Below the pieces are notes generated by a model, which saw nothing but the letters and a program-made list of their open reading frames with translations, was not told where the DNA came from and ran no database searches. Positions 33,846 through 45,081 of a stretch of 64,000 bases of DNA are shown one piece after another. The DNA is taken from contig CP060757.1 of the NCBI GenBank assembly GCA_023205875.1, positions 682,001 through 746,000 on the forward strand, given 5' to 3'. The stretch comes from Chloropicon primus (lineage: Eukaryota). The position numbers and the translations under genes were made by a program. Position 1 is the first letter of the stretch, and the number at the start of each line of letters is the position of its first letter.

Positions 33846-35108
33846 ATGGAGGAGGAGCGAGAGCTGATCCCTGCCTCACCTGCAGCGGCAGGAGAAGGGG
33901 AGAGGATAAAGAAGAGGAACACCGCATGGATGACGCTCATATCGGTATACTCTATGATGTACTTCCCCCTGGGCGTCGGTCCCGCCTTCGCCTACACAGG
34001 CTGGGTTCCCGGCCTCCTCATGCTCACGTATTCTGCGTGGGCGAGCTACTCGAGCGGCGTGCACCTGAATGACTTGTGCACGAAGGGCAGCGGGCCAATC
34101 GCGGACACGTACCCGAAACTCGCGAGGATCGCGTTGGGTGTCCAGGGCGAGCGCTTCATCACCGCGACGCAGAGCGGCCTGTACTTCATGTGCGGGGTCT
34201 TCAACATCGCCTACATGCCTGCGAACTTCGAGCAGCTGTTTCACACGGGACCCAGCACACCGGAGGACCGCATTGGTGACGAGAAGCTGTTCGTGTACCT
34301 TGTCGCGACATGGGGGACCATGGTTCTGGGGACGCTGCTGCCCACCTACCACGACACTATTTTCATCGCCCTGTTCAGCGCGGTCGTGTCGACCATGAAC
34401 GCCGCCCTGCAGCTGCTTGTGGTTGGACTCTATCAGCGGGACCTGTGCGGAACGACGCAGAAAGTGAGTTGCGGCAGCAGTTTCATTCGGGTGGTTTCCG
34501 CTCTGCCTGCCATAAGCTACACCTTTGGGGGGCACGGCGTCTTCCCGGAGGAGATGAGGGAGATGAAAGACCCGAAGCAGTTCTCCAAGATCGTCAGGTG
34601 GCTCTACCTCGCCTCTCTGCCGTGGTACTACTTGTGCTCCGTCGTGAGCTACTACGCTTATGGCGACACGATTCAGGGGAACCCGATAGCGAACTGGCCC
34701 CAGGGTCTGTGGCTGACGAAAGTGGCAGCATTCTTCTCCCTCGTCGGGGCGCTCGTCATCAGCGTGACGAGCAACCAGGCCACCCTCATGGCGATCGACC
34801 AGCTGGATCCCGGCCTCCTGGAAAAGCGGGTCAGCAGGCGGCAAAAGAGATTCTTGATGAAGTTCTTGTTCGTGACCTGCCAGCTCTTGGTCGCCATGGT
34901 CCTCCGACGGACACCCCTCCAATTCATCCAAGGCTTCATGGGGAGCTTCGGCGTGGGTTGCTTGACGTTCGTCTTCCCCTTCGTGCTCGCGCTCGCCACG
35001 GCCGAGGGATACACGCCGCAGAACGTGGTATTCTGTCTGCTTGGCATGCTAGTCTCGCTCACAGGAATTGTAACTTCACTGTATAACATGGCAACTGTGC
35101 AGAACTAA
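33846..35108 (+). CDS. Amino acid/auxin permease (Aa_trans) family transporter
   Basis: About 11 hydrophobic segments; PAFAYTGWVPG, TYPKLA, YTFGGHGVFPEEMREMKDPKQF, YYAYGD. Confidence 0.85.
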   Translation: MEEERELIPASPAAAGEGERIKKRNTAWMTLISVYSMMYFPLGVGPAFAYTGWVPGLLMLTYSAWASYSSGVHLNDLCTKGSGPIADTYPKLARIALGVQGERFITATQSGLYFMCGVFNIAYMPANFEQLFHTGPSTPEDRIGDEKLFVYLVATWGTMVLGTLLPTYHDTIFIALFSAVVSTMNAALQLLVVGLYQRDLCGTTQKVSCGSSFIRVVSALPAISYTFGGHGVFPEEMREMKDPKQFSKIVRWLYLASLPWYYLCSVVSYYAYGDTIQGNPIANWPQGLWLTKVAAFFSLVGALVISVTSNQATLMAIDQLDPGLLEKRVSRRQKRFLMKFLFVTCQLLVAMVLRRTPLQFIQGFMGSFGVGCLTFVFPFVLALATAEGYTPQNVVFCLLGMLVSLTGIVTSLYNMATVQN

Positions 35109-35248
35109 CAAAGACATTAAACCCTTCCTACCCCCACCCCCACCCCCACGCATGAAAGCTGATCCGCCAGATCAGCTTGAGGTTGTGGCCAGGAAAGCGT
35201 CGACGTCTGTCGCTGGGCGCGAGGCGACGTCGAGTGTGCTCTACGCCG

Positions 35249-36184
35249 ATGAGCTGCTACCGAGGAGGTCGAGTCTTTTGCAGAGGATCGAGGAGCGCCG
35301 TCCCTGGCGTGGTGACGGGGAAGGCGAGGACTCCTCGCGACGGCGGGAGAGCCGGAAGGTTTCCTCTGGTTTCGAGGGCCGTGGCGGACGACACGCCTTC
35401 GGACGGCGAGGTCGTTCCTCTCGCGGATACCTTCGTGAGCGCGAGCGGCTCCCCGTACGAGGGGAAGAGAGCGCTCGTGTTTGGCGCCACCGGAGGCACG
35501 GGGAAGGAAATCGTGAAGGAGTGCAACGCTCAAGGCATTCCGTGCTCGCTCTTTGTTCGTTCGAAGCAGAAAGCCCAGGAGATGTTCGACGCAGAAATTG
35601 AGACGGGAGCGGTCGTGAATGAGGTGTTCGAAGGGGACGTGAGCAAGTACGAGGACGTGCTGAGAGCGGTGGAGAACTCGGGTTGCAACTGCATTATGGT
35701 CGCGACTGGATGCCGCCCGGCTCTGGATCCGCTTGGGCCCTTCCAAGTTGACTACAGCGGTACGGCCAACATCGTGAGCGCTGCTAACAGGCAGGGAGCC
35801 TCGGTGGAGCACGTCGTCCTCGTGACGAGCATCGGGGTGGACGACATCTTCTTCCCCCTGAACCTTTTCTTCGGAGTTCTGTTCTGGAAGAAGCGGGCGG
35901 AGGAGACCTTGCAGCGGTCTGGCTCGAACTACAAGTACACCATCGTTCGTCCAGGCGGGCTGCAAGACGAGCCCAAGGGCTCTCCCGGGGCCGTAAGACT
36001 GGGTCCTGCGGATACCTACGGGCTGCCCCCGAGAAAGGCGCCCGGGAGCATACTAAGAAGTCAAGTTGCCGAAATCTGTGTCTCTTCCCTCGCCGAGGAA
36101 GCAGCGTTCAACAAGACGATCGAGTGCGTGGCGGCGAACGATGAGCCCGCTCTCCCGATAGCAGAGCAGCTCGAGGCCATATAA
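35249..36184 (+). CDS. NAD(P)-binding atypical SDR (Tic62-NAD/Ycf39-like), probably plastid-targeted
   Basis: VFGATGGTG, VDYSGTANIV, LVTSIGVDD, VLFWKKRAEETLQRSG..YTIVRPGGL; Arg/Ser-rich N-terminus; start uncertain. Confidence 0.85.
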   Translation: MSCYRGGRVFCRGSRSAVPGVVTGKARTPRDGGRAGRFPLVSRAVADDTPSDGEVVPLADTFVSASGSPYEGKRALVFGATGGTGKEIVKECNAQGIPCSLFVRSKQKAQEMFDAEIETGAVVNEVFEGDVSKYEDVLRAVENSGCNCIMVATGCRPALDPLGPFQVDYSGTANIVSAANRQGASVEHVVLVTSIGVDDIFFPLNLFFGVLFWKKRAEETLQRSGSNYKYTIVRPGGLQDEPKGSPGAVRLGPADTYGLPPRKAPGSILRSQVAEICVSSLAEEAAFNKTIECVAANDEPALPIAEQLEAI

Positions 36185-36217
36185 ATGGGGTACCAGACCA
36201 CGTGAACCCAAAACTAA

Positions 36218-36228
36218 TGTAATTGTAA
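36218..36228 (+). promoter_or_regulatory. Tandem UGUAA polyadenylation signals (one example of many)
   Basis: tgtaattgtaa about 35 nt after the SDR stop; similar TGTAA/TTACA near 14342, 14352, 26759, 39619, 41158 and 43824. Confidence 0.6.
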
Positions 36229-36265
36229 GTTGTTGTTTTTTATCCATCGTTGCCTCTGCTGCCCG

Positions 36266-38284
36266 TCACAAGACACCGCTCGGATTATCCTTGCCCTCGT
36301 CTCTCACGAAGGATTGAAGCTCCCTTTGGTTCTGGGAGCTGTGTCTTATGAGATCTTCGTTGCTTTGCTTGGACTCCCGGAGCCTCGTCCTCATGAAAAG
36401 CATTCCCGTAATGCAAATGACCACAAAACTCAACAGCAACAGGGGGTGGAAGAACCACCTCAGCAAAGTCTTCACGAAAATGGGACTCGTGTCCACCCAC
36501 TCGGAAGTGATCTGCGCAACGGTGGACCCCATGTGGGGGCCACAATTTGGGTGCTTTGCGTACATGAAGTACACAACAGGGAAGCTGGATATGACCATCG
36601 CCGCGATCAGCACCACTCTGATCAGCCAGGAGGACAGGCTCGATGACTCGTACGCGATCTCATAGTTTGGGGCCTTGTAGTGCCTCCGCAACGCAAATTT
36701 GTTGAACTTGTAGTGAACAAGCGCCTGGAGAGCAATGATCCACCCGATGTAAGGCGCGAGGAGTACCCCGGTGAGGAAGAGCCCAAGCAGGAACGCTACC
36801 TCTGAAAGGGATTCTTCAACGTTGAGCACGACTGCTTTCCCCATGTTCCTCCGAATAATAATGTACAAGTTGCACAGAAAGCATTCGCATACCAGGTTCG
36901 TCACCGCCAGTCTGTAGAAGAACTCGCCAAACCGCTGCTCTGGGCACGTTTGCTGGAACGGATTCCCCCGAGACATGAAGTCGTCCTGGAATTTGATGTT
37001 ATGGTACATGTAATATACTAGGCTGCCCAGCCCAAACGCCCTTGTGAAGAAGTACCTGGCGAATCGAAGTTGGTACAGGTACCTGAAGCTCTTGGGCCAC
37101 TTTTCTAGGTTGATCAGGATTCTGTTCGACGTGCTCGACGCTTTCATGATGAGCCAAACTGCGATCGCAGGAGCGTACTTGGTTCCCATGCTGTCCTCGA
37201 TGGACTCCATCTCTGTCATCACCGAGTTGATCCCAATCACAACGGCGCCCACCATGAACGGCCAGATCAGCACGCTGGTGAAGAACAGGACGATGCTGTG
37301 GCCCTTCAAGGCATTGTACATCTGAATATCAACGCTGTTCTTCTCCAGCGCTGCTTCTTGCAGCATGATCTGGAATTTCTGCCGCATTCCCCTCCTGTAC
37401 TGCCGCGACGTTTCGATCGAGACGAGGTTGAAGTTCCAGGAAGAGAACGCGACGTTGCTGAATTTTTTCTGGTTTCTCCTGTCGATGGAGAAAAGCCCGA
37501 AAAGCGAAAGGAACCCAGGCGCAGTCTTCTTGTCCTGCAGGGGAAAAGCAGGGAAGCCCTTCAGGGAGTATCGTACCAGAGTCAGGAGACCGAAGAGGTA
37601 CGTCGCCAGCAGTAAGAAAGGGTAGGCCAGGTCAAATCGATAGGCCGACTCCTTCGACGAATAGCTGGGGTAGTAAGAGTACAGGAACCCAGCTTCCTGC
37701 AGGTTTTGAACCTGGAGAACATCCATCACGCCAGGACCCTCCGGTGCCTTGGCAGACTTTCCTTCCAGCAGCACAAAGGGAACGATGACCGCGGCAACCC
37801 ACACGATGCACATCAAGGCCACGTACATGCTGAGCCAACTTTCAACGATCAGAACCATGGCTGCCCCGTGCCGTATTTTCCCTCTACTTTCTGGAGCGTG
37901 TCCCTGGTCACGAGAAGGAGCAAAGGGGTGTCAGCGATCCATCCCAAGGTCTTCAGAGGGGGTCGGGTCTCTCTCTCTCTCTCACGGAGCTTACCTGATG
38001 TGAACGAGCAAGGTCAACTGCGGATCCAAGTGCATTCTTCCCCGGGTATACTCCGTCACCGAACTCAACCTCCGGATTGCCCTCTTGATAGTCGACTTCA
38101 CCTGGCCTTGCCTCCTGGTTATCACGTCGTCTGGAAAGGCGTGGTCGTCCTGAGCACCATACCCCCCGTTGTTCTCCTTGTGGTCGCTCGCGTAAGAATT
38201 CGAGAAGGTTGTCGCCCTCCCCACGTCGTCCTCTCCCGGAAAGGTAAAGGCCTCCACCTCCCCAAGGTTCAAGCCAAAAGTCAT
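36266..38284 (-). CDS. Transmembrane channel-like (TMC) family protein (2 exons; junction ambiguous)
   Basis: KVEGKYGTG-like motif, FSSWNF, LINLEKW, CPEQRFGEFFYRL, HPNCGP, many TM helices; GTAAGC donor at 37994. Confidence 0.75.
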
Positions 38285-39041
38285 GGTCCCTGGCACCTTG
38301 TCCCAAGGCTTGGGAAACCACCAGAACTGCGTCTCACAAAATAAAGTTTGGACCTTTTGTTTTCCTAGGACGACAAGACCGCAGCGTCCTTCCTCGTCGC
38401 CATGGCGCACCTCGTCTCTCTCCCCTCTCGCTCGGCCAACCAAGCGTACCAAACACCCCCAAGCCCACCTCAACACCTCCCGACGATTGACGGTGGATTG
38501 TTTGAATGCTTATCCTTTGAATTCGTCTCGCTCCCCAAAGGATATATTTTCATCTTCTTGGTCTTGGGTCTCCAGGAGGAGAGAGGCCATGGAGGAGAGA
38601 GGCCATGGAGGAGGAGGTGAACAAGGTGATGAGGTGACGAGGGTCATCCATGGAGAAGACGGCGGTGGTGGGCCCTCACCGTCCCGACCTCCCCAAGTCC
38701 AATGGATGCTGAATACCTCATCGATCAAAGGTTTGCGCGTCCCAGGCAGGCTCTGGCTCTGTGAAGCAAAAGAGACTCCTCTTCTTGGGAATTTCGATAT
38801 TTCCGTAAAGGAGAGAGGAGAGGAGAGGAGAGGCGGAGGGAAGAGCGGCGCTCCTTTAGCAAGACGGAGTGAGGTTCGAGGACTCGAGGAGGACGAGGGG
38901 TTTAACGTAGGAAGACGATCGGCGCTCTTCACATACGTTTTTCGTTTCGTTTGGGGGAAAGGGTTTCGACGAACGGATCGGTCGGCCCAATCGTCGGAGG
39001 AGAAGAAGAAGGAGAAGGTTTTTAGTTTCAGGCAGAACAAA

Positions 39042-39530
39042 ATGGCGACGCGTGTGAAGCGTATTATGACGCAACCCATCAACCTCATATTCAGGTACTT
39101 GCAGAGCAAAACCCGCGTGCAGATCTGGATATACGAGATGAGCGACCTGAGACTCGAAGGCGTCATTGTGGTAAGTCCGGCCGAGAGCCCTTCCTCCTCT
39201 CGTCAAATGCTATCTCTGTCTTCAGATGGGAAACACCACGCTTCTGTACTAACCACCGGGTCATCTGCTCCCGTTCGTGCTTCGCCAGGGCTTTGATGAG
39301 TACATGAACCTGGTCTTGGACGACGCGTACGAGGTTTACAAGAAGAAGAACACGCGGACACCATTAGGTAAGGGCAAGGACACAACGCACCTTGATCTCA
39401 GACGCTTTCGGCCCCCCTCTGTGTTTCCTTCGCCGAGAACTGACCGTTTGCTTGTTTGCGCACGCCAGGACGGATTTTGCTCAAGGGGGACAACATAACG
39501 TTGATGCAGAGTGTTGGGTCGTCCCAGTGA
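39042..39530 (+). CDS. SNRPE: Small nuclear ribonucleoprotein Sm-E (3 exons)
   Basis: Exons 39042-39170, 39289-39367, 39469-39530: IMTQPINLIFRYLQ..|GFDEYMNLVLDDA..|GRILLKGDNITL. Confidence 0.96.
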
Positions 39531-40424
39531 TGACGCTTCACGCTGTGGCTCTTTCGTGTTGGGGCGCGGGATGGACCCAAGGTCTTCGGGTGACTTTGCC
39601 TTTCACTGTGTGCCTCTCTGTAATAAATGTGGTTTGCGAACCCTGCTATTCTTCGTCGGGCCCGGGTCCTCTGTCGCTGCCGGCCCTGTGCGGTGGTGAT
39701 GGCAGCTGACGGACCTCTTTTCCCTCCGAACCCAATTTGTGCTTCAAGCGCATTCTCATTGTATGGCAGGCAGTACTGATCCTGGTGAGGTCCGAGCTGT
39801 GCGATGGAGAAGAGAAGACCCTCTGCCTATCTCCCCCTCCCCGCAGAGTCCCCTCCCTCGTGCGCGTCATCCTTCCTGGTGCAAAGACACTGACCCCACC
39901 ACGTCCGGTCTCCCGTGTTTGTTTCCTCCATCCATATCCAGTGGGGCGGCGATGGGGAGCACCGAGCCTTGTGCAACGGATCGAGCAGCGCAACATCGCC
40001 AGAGATAGAGACAGGGCCAGAGACAGAGATGGAGGAGGGCCTTCCCCGTCGATGTCCGTGTTCCCATGTCCCCATCGATCCTGGTGCAAAAACCGCGTAC
40101 ACCAATATATATCCCCTCCCTTCCTAGTCGTTTTTCTCTCTCTCTCTCTTCGTCGTATTTTGCCAAGATCGTCGTATAGTAGTGTTTTCATGTTAGTTAA
40201 GATGTCTCGTGCCAGGAGTTCACCAGTTGAGTTGGTCAACTGACGACGAGAGAGAGAGAGCAGAGAGAGAGAGAGAGGGAGGTCAAGTTCGCGGCAGAAT
40301 TGAGACGACGAGGGGGCACGTTAAAAGGAACGGCAGTGAGGGACGAGGTTGAGGGGAATCCGTAAGAAGGAACGGGGGAGGACGAAGAGGGAAGACTTGA
40401 GAACAAGAGAGAGGCAAAGGAAGC

Positions 40425-41126
40425 ATGGCTGCGCTAGACGACCAACTAAGATGCGGCGTGGTGAGGAATTCTATGGAACAGAATGTTTTGCTGACCAAGA
40501 GCAAGCTTGGAAAGGCTAGGCCTTTCTTCGCGAGGAACGTCGGCGACGTGTCTGAGAAGCACGCCTTCGGCGTCTCGAAGCCCCAGGATCCAGAGGGCGC
40601 GAGAGAGGTGTCGGGCTTGTGGAAGGAGCACGAGAAGAATCCCGACGCAAAGCCGGGCCCAAATTATGTCGCTATGAACAAGCAGGCCACCCTGAGCGGC
40701 CTCACCAAGTCGAACCAGCAGCTTGACTTTAGACTGGAACACCCGATTGAGTTGAGGACGGGAATTCAGACTAGCAAGCACAACGAAACCCCGGTCACCA
40801 TTCCCTCGGACACCAACCCTTACTTTGTGTACGGAAGGGCGAGCTCGAACCGCCCATTGGAGGAGACTCGTTTGACGGGCGAGGCGCCGGATATGAGGGA
40901 CCTCCTCCAAGGCAGCTTCATGTGGGACTGGGTGAAGATGAACACGAAGAGGGAGGCGGAGTTCCATCTCAAGGCTGCAAAGATCGCACCAACGCCAACG
41001 GCTGCTGCTCTTGGGCACGCCATGGGAGGCAAGCTCGTTATTGACAAGCAGAAGGCGTCGAGTTCCAAGACAAAGCAGTGGAAGATGTCCAAGTTCGCCA
41101 AAGTGCAGTCCAGAGTTCAGGGCTGA
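40425..41126 (+). CDS. CFAP77: Cilia- and flagella-associated protein 77-like axonemal inner protein
   Basis: LGKAR..AFG..EGAREV..W..H, NYVAMNKQA..G..DFR..H, YGR..PDMRDLLQGSF..W, WKMSKF.KV. Confidence 0.78.
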   Translation: MAALDDQLRCGVVRNSMEQNVLLTKSKLGKARPFFARNVGDVSEKHAFGVSKPQDPEGAREVSGLWKEHEKNPDAKPGPNYVAMNKQATLSGLTKSNQQLDFRLEHPIELRTGIQTSKHNETPVTIPSDTNPYFVYGRASSNRPLEETRLTGEAPDMRDLLQGSFMWDWVKMNTKREAEFHLKAAKIAPTPTAAALGHAMGGKLVIDKQKASSSKTKQWKMSKFAKVQSRVQG

Positions 41127-41223
41127 GGTGAAAGGAAGTGATCTTAACATCGTCGATTGTAATAGGAAACAAATAGTGTATTTTCAAAAGCCTTTTGTCT
41201 TACTCTCACCCCCCCCCCGCACA

Positions 41224-42537
41224 TTAGGAGGAGGTCTCTTCCTTCACGCTTTCGAGTATGGTCTTGATGCTCTGCGCCGTGTGCATCTGCTTCAAGTGCG
41301 GCTGCTCCTCGAGGAGCTCTGCTGCTAAATTCATCTTTTTCCCAACGTTTTCTTTGTCGTTACTCCCGACGACGGTTGAGCTGTCCCACTTGTCCTCATC
41401 GTCCTCCTTCTTTGCAAGTCTCGACATTCTCGACCTCGAGGTTCTCGTCACTCCTGTTCCCACGCTTCGCCCGTCCATTTGCGAGACGACGTCGTCGTCG
41501 TCCTTGTCCTCCATGTTCTTCTCTAGAAGCTCGTCGTTTATCGCCTCGTTCACGGCGGTCACGAAACTCTTCTTCCAATTCTTTTCATCCTCCAGCGACT
41601 CTTCGTCCACCTTCTTCACGATCCCCTCTATGGCATCCTCCTCAGCTTTGCTGTACTCATCCATGTACGAGTCGTAGTCGAGGCCGCTGATGAAAGACAT
41701 GAGCTCGTCCTCCTCGTCCTCCTCCCTCGCTTGCGCCTGCTCCTTGCTCAGAGCCCAAGCTGGCCTGTTCTTACTCGATTCCGCGGCCTTGCTGTTCTCT
41801 CTCCTCAGGGCATCGCTTGCCTTCTTCTCCTCGTCCTTCTCCGCCGCCTCTGCCTCTGCCTCTGCAGCAGCCTCTGCAGCCTCCTGCTCCCTGTACTCTT
41901 TCTCTCTCTCCAGGGCGTCCTGGACCGCCTCGTCGAGAAACATGGACATCTCCAGGTCCACCTCGTCCCTCTCCTTCTTTTTCAACGTCTTCGTGAGCTT
42001 CTTGTGGTCGGCCTCCTTCTCCGTCGGCGCCTCGCTCGCGCCCTCGCCGTCGCCGAGCTTAGGGGTGGACTCCCGAGTAGCCGCAAGCTCTTGGCCCCTG
42101 GTGAGAGACGCCCAACCCACGTTGTCCAACGGGCTGCCTTCAAGAATCTTCTTCCTCAGCGCCGTGGTGAAGTTCTTGAACTTCCTCTTCCTCTCCTCGG
42201 CCTCGATCTGGTTCAGCTCGTCCGCCGCTTTCGCCACCTTGGCGGTCACCCCGAGCCTCGACAGCCAGCGCCTGTGCTTCGTCAAAGCGTTGTTCTGGGT
42301 ATACCTCCTAATTCTGCGGTTCCTCGCCACCAGGGACGATATCTTCGAGCGGCTCTCCCCCGTCGGAGGCAAGCCGAGCTCGTTCGTCTCCGCCACTGCG
42401 GACTTGAAGGGCTCCGAAGGCGAGCCCACGCCCCCCTTGGACCCGGAAGAATACTTCGCACCCGCATGAACACTATCCAAAGGCCTCTCGCAAAGCATAA
42501 CCCCCTTCACATTATCATACCCGTGGTCCACCGTCAT
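41224..42537 (-). CDS. Hypothetical acidic/coiled-coil protein
   Basis: 437-aa open frame with coding-like composition; motifs KGVMLCERP, ALTKHRRWL, RPAWAL..EDELMSFISGLDYDSYMD. Confidence 0.75.
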   Translation of the reverse strand: MTVDHGYDNVKGVMLCERPLDSVHAGAKYSSGSKGGVGSPSEPFKSAVAETNELGLPPTGESRSKISSLVARNRRIRRYTQNNALTKHRRWLSRLGVTAKVAKAADELNQIEAEERKRKFKNFTTALRKKILEGSPLDNVGWASLTRGQELAATRESTPKLGDGEGASEAPTEKEADHKKLTKTLKKKERDEVDLEMSMFLDEAVQDALEREKEYREQEAAEAAAEAEAEAAEKDEEKKASDALRRENSKAAESSKNRPAWALSKEQAQAREEDEEDELMSFISGLDYDSYMDEYSKAEEDAIEGIVKKVDEESLEDEKNWKKSFVTAVNEAINDELLEKNMEDKDDDDVVSQMDGRSVGTGVTRTSRSRMSRLAKKEDDEDKWDSSTVVGSNDKENVGKKMNLAAELLEEQPHLKQMHTAQSIKTILESVKEETSS

Positions 42538-42834
42538 CCTGCTCAACAACAAGGTCTCTCTCCGACTTTCAAACACACGCAATCCAAGAACCCCCCCTTT
42601 GGTCGACACCCTCCTCACAACCCCCGTGCTCCTCGTCCCCCCTTCTCTCTTCCCTCCTCTCTCTCTCTCTCTCTCTCCTCTCTCCTCTCCTTGGCCTTGG
42701 CTTTCCCGTTAACCAGGGTTGACCGTCAATGGAAATTGTCCAGGGGATCCCGGGGTGACTTTCCCATATGGAAAGGGTGGGAGAGAGGAGAAGAGAGAGG
42801 AGAGCGAGTGGATTGCTAATGAGACTGTTGTGAG

Positions 42835-43776
42835 ATGGAGAGAGCAAGGCGACGCGTGAGGGAGGCGGAGAGACACCTGGGGGGAGGGAGGAGGAGGGTT
42901 GAGGAGACGACGTACTACAGGAGACACCGAGTGAGCCGCGACGCCCCGGTCGAGTGGAGGGGAGTCTCGCTTCGAGTCCAGGGGGACGCTCTGGCGGAGG
43001 TGGTGTACGAGAAGAGCGAGGAGGGGATTGCGAAGATAAGCATCAACAGGCCGGAGAAGCGAAACGCGTTCACGCCGAGGACGATTGTCGAGCTGATATG
43101 CTGCCTCGAGGATGCCAAGGAGGACGGGAAGGTGGCTGCCATCATCGTGACGGGCGTGGGAACGAGCGCCTTCTGCAGCGGTGGAGACCAGCTGGTGAGG
43201 GAGGTCGGCGGCTACGTCGGGAAAGACGGGGTCCCGAGACTGAACTTTCTGGACCTCCAAGTCGTTCTGAGGAGGATACCGAAGCCCATCGTCGCCATGG
43301 TCGCTGGCCACGCCGTTGGGGGAGGCCACATCATCCACATGCTTTGCGACCTGACCATATCGGCTGACAACGCGATATACGGCCAGACGGGGCCCAAGGT
43401 CGGGTCCTTCGACGCGGGCTGGGGCTGCAGCGTGATGGCGAGGCTGGTTGGCCCGAAGAGAGCCAAGGAGATGTGGTTCCTGTGCAAGCTGTACACCGCG
43501 GAGGAGGCCTACGAGATGGGCCTGGTGAACAAAGTGGTGCCGCTGGACGAGCTGGAGAAGGAGACCGTGTACTGGTGCAGGCAGATGCTCGCCAACAGCC
43601 CCCTTGCCCTGAGCATTCTTAAGGCTTCCATGAACGCCGTGGATGACGGGCACGCGGGAGTGCAGCAACTGGGAGGCTTCGCGACCAAGATGTTCTACAG
43701 CCATGAGCAGGGCCTGGAAGGCCTGACAGCGTTCAAGGAGAAGCGAAAACCGGACTTTGAGCAATTCAGGAAGTGA
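42835..43776 (+). CDS. menB: 1,4-dihydroxy-2-naphthoyl-CoA synthase with PTS2
   Basis: [42 protein letters not shown]-terminal RVREAERHL. Confidence 0.95.
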   Translation: MERARRRVREAERHLGGGRRRVEETTYYRRHRVSRDAPVEWRGVSLRVQGDALAEVVYEKSEEGIAKISINRPEKRNAFTPRTIVELICCLEDAKEDGKVAAIIVTGVGTSAFCSGGDQLVREVGGYVGKDGVPRLNFLDLQVVLRRIPKPIVAMVAGHAVGGGHIIHMLCDLTISADNAIYGQTGPKVGSFDAGWGCSVMARLVGPKRAKEMWFLCKLYTAEEAYEMGLVNKVVPLDELEKETVYWCRQMLANSPLALSILKASMNAVDDGHAGVQQLGGFATKMFYSHEQGLEGLTAFKEKRKPDFEQFRK

Positions 43777-43884
43777 GGAGGAAGAGAAAATAGTCCAGAA
43801 TCCACAAGTGTCTCGTTTCCTAAATTACAATTACATGCACGTGCGTCGTGGTGTTGTGGCGGAGGCCGCCCATTCTTGCGATCG

Positions 43885-45081
43885 CTACTGCTCCTTCTTC
43901 TCGTTCTTCCTCGTGTCCTTCGCCTCCAACGACTCTCTGGCTTGAACCAACACCGACTGCAGGATGGCCATGCGAGCCAGGTTGAAGCCAATCGCCATGG
44001 CCCAGTAGAAGTTGCTGTTCGCGACGCCTTCCTCGATCCAAAGCACGCGCGTCGCGTGAAGCAGAGAGACGCATATCAAGGCGAGACTCCCAGACGCGAG
44101 CATCGAGAAACTCGGCTTGCCTCCGAGCGCGACGGCGTGGAAGGCGCAAACGCTGATGGTCTCCACCAAAAAGTGCCCAAGATGGTACCGCCACCTGAAG
44201 AGGTTGCACACCAGCACCTGGGCCAGGAACAGATGGGAACAAAGACTTGGTTGGTCCAGTTCCAGCGCCAGAGGGACTGCCAGCAGCAAAGGCTGCAGGG
44301 AGACGAGTATTCCAAACATCTTTTTCATCTCGGGGAACATTTGCACGTTGAAGTACCACGCAAGAGAAGCGCTTGGCGCAAGAGCGTCTGGGCCTGCACC
44401 GTGCTGACCGTACGAGTGCTTCAACCAGTGCGCAGTGACCTGAGAGTAACCAAAGTCACCAAAGCGACCCAGCCCGAGCACGGTTTTGAGGAACACGCTC
44501 GATGCAGCGGCCAGCGCACACCACACCAGCGCGATCTTGGCCAGAAAGGCGAGAAAAGCCCTCGCCCGCGGGAGGCCTGCGACGCTGGATTTCCTCCTCA
44601 GGGACGCGATCTTGAACAGCGGCCAGGCGAGCAGGCAGGTCGTCCTCGGAGAGAGGTAAGTGGCCGCTGCTGCCCCGATGCACGCGAGGCTCTCGGATCC
44701 CCTCAAGGAGCCCAAAAGCGCCAGGAGGATGCCCGCCTCCTCCAAGCCGAGGCTCTGGCCGAAGGCCAGCACAAGGAAACTCGCGAACCGCCCAAGGGAC
44801 TTGGACCCCGCCGCTTCGAATAAATAGTGAACGACGATGGCAACGAAGACGTTCCACGTTCCCCCCTCAGCGAATGGCGTGAGGCCCGACCACTGCTTGA
44901 GCAGCACGAGGGGGGGCTGCTCGAAAACTCCCGTCTCATAAGGAGACACCCCCAACTTGATCGCGAGGTCGTACCCCTCCTCCGCGCACCGCGTGGCCCC
45001 CATCGACGACGAGAAGGCTTGAGCCAGGGATTCTTCGACCCCGGCCACGAGCCTAAACAGTCCCCACAACGCTTCGCCCAT
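43885..45081 (-). CDS. PIGU: GPI transamidase subunit PIG-U
   Basis: EEG..L..GVSPYETGVFEQPPLVL, LAPSASLAWYFNVQMF, LWIEEGVANSNFYW; KKxx tail; start uncertain. Confidence 0.85.
   Translation of the reverse strand: MGEALWGLFRLVAGVEESLAQAFSSSMGATRCAEEGYDLAIKLGVSPYETGVFEQPPLVLLKQWSGLTPFAEGGTWNVFVAIVVHYLFEAAGSKSLGRFASFLVLAFGQSLGLEEAGILLALLGSLRGSESLACIGAAAATYLSPRTTCLLAWPLFKIASLRRKSSVAGLPRARAFLAFLAKIALVWCALAAASSVFLKTVLGLGRFGDFGYSQVTAHWLKHSYGQHGAGPDALAPSASLAWYFNVQMFPEMKKMFGILVSLQPLLLAVPLALELDQPSLCSHLFLAQVLVCNLFRWRYHLGHFLVETISVCAFHAVALGGKPSFSMLASGSLALICVSLLHATRVLWIEEGVANSNFYWAMAIGFNLARMAILQSVLVQARESLEAKDTRKNEKKEQ

Noticed and set aside
38283..39296. 337-aa + strand ORF ending in SmE exon 1
   Set aside because: Read-through of intergenic and intron sequence; SmE starts at 39042.
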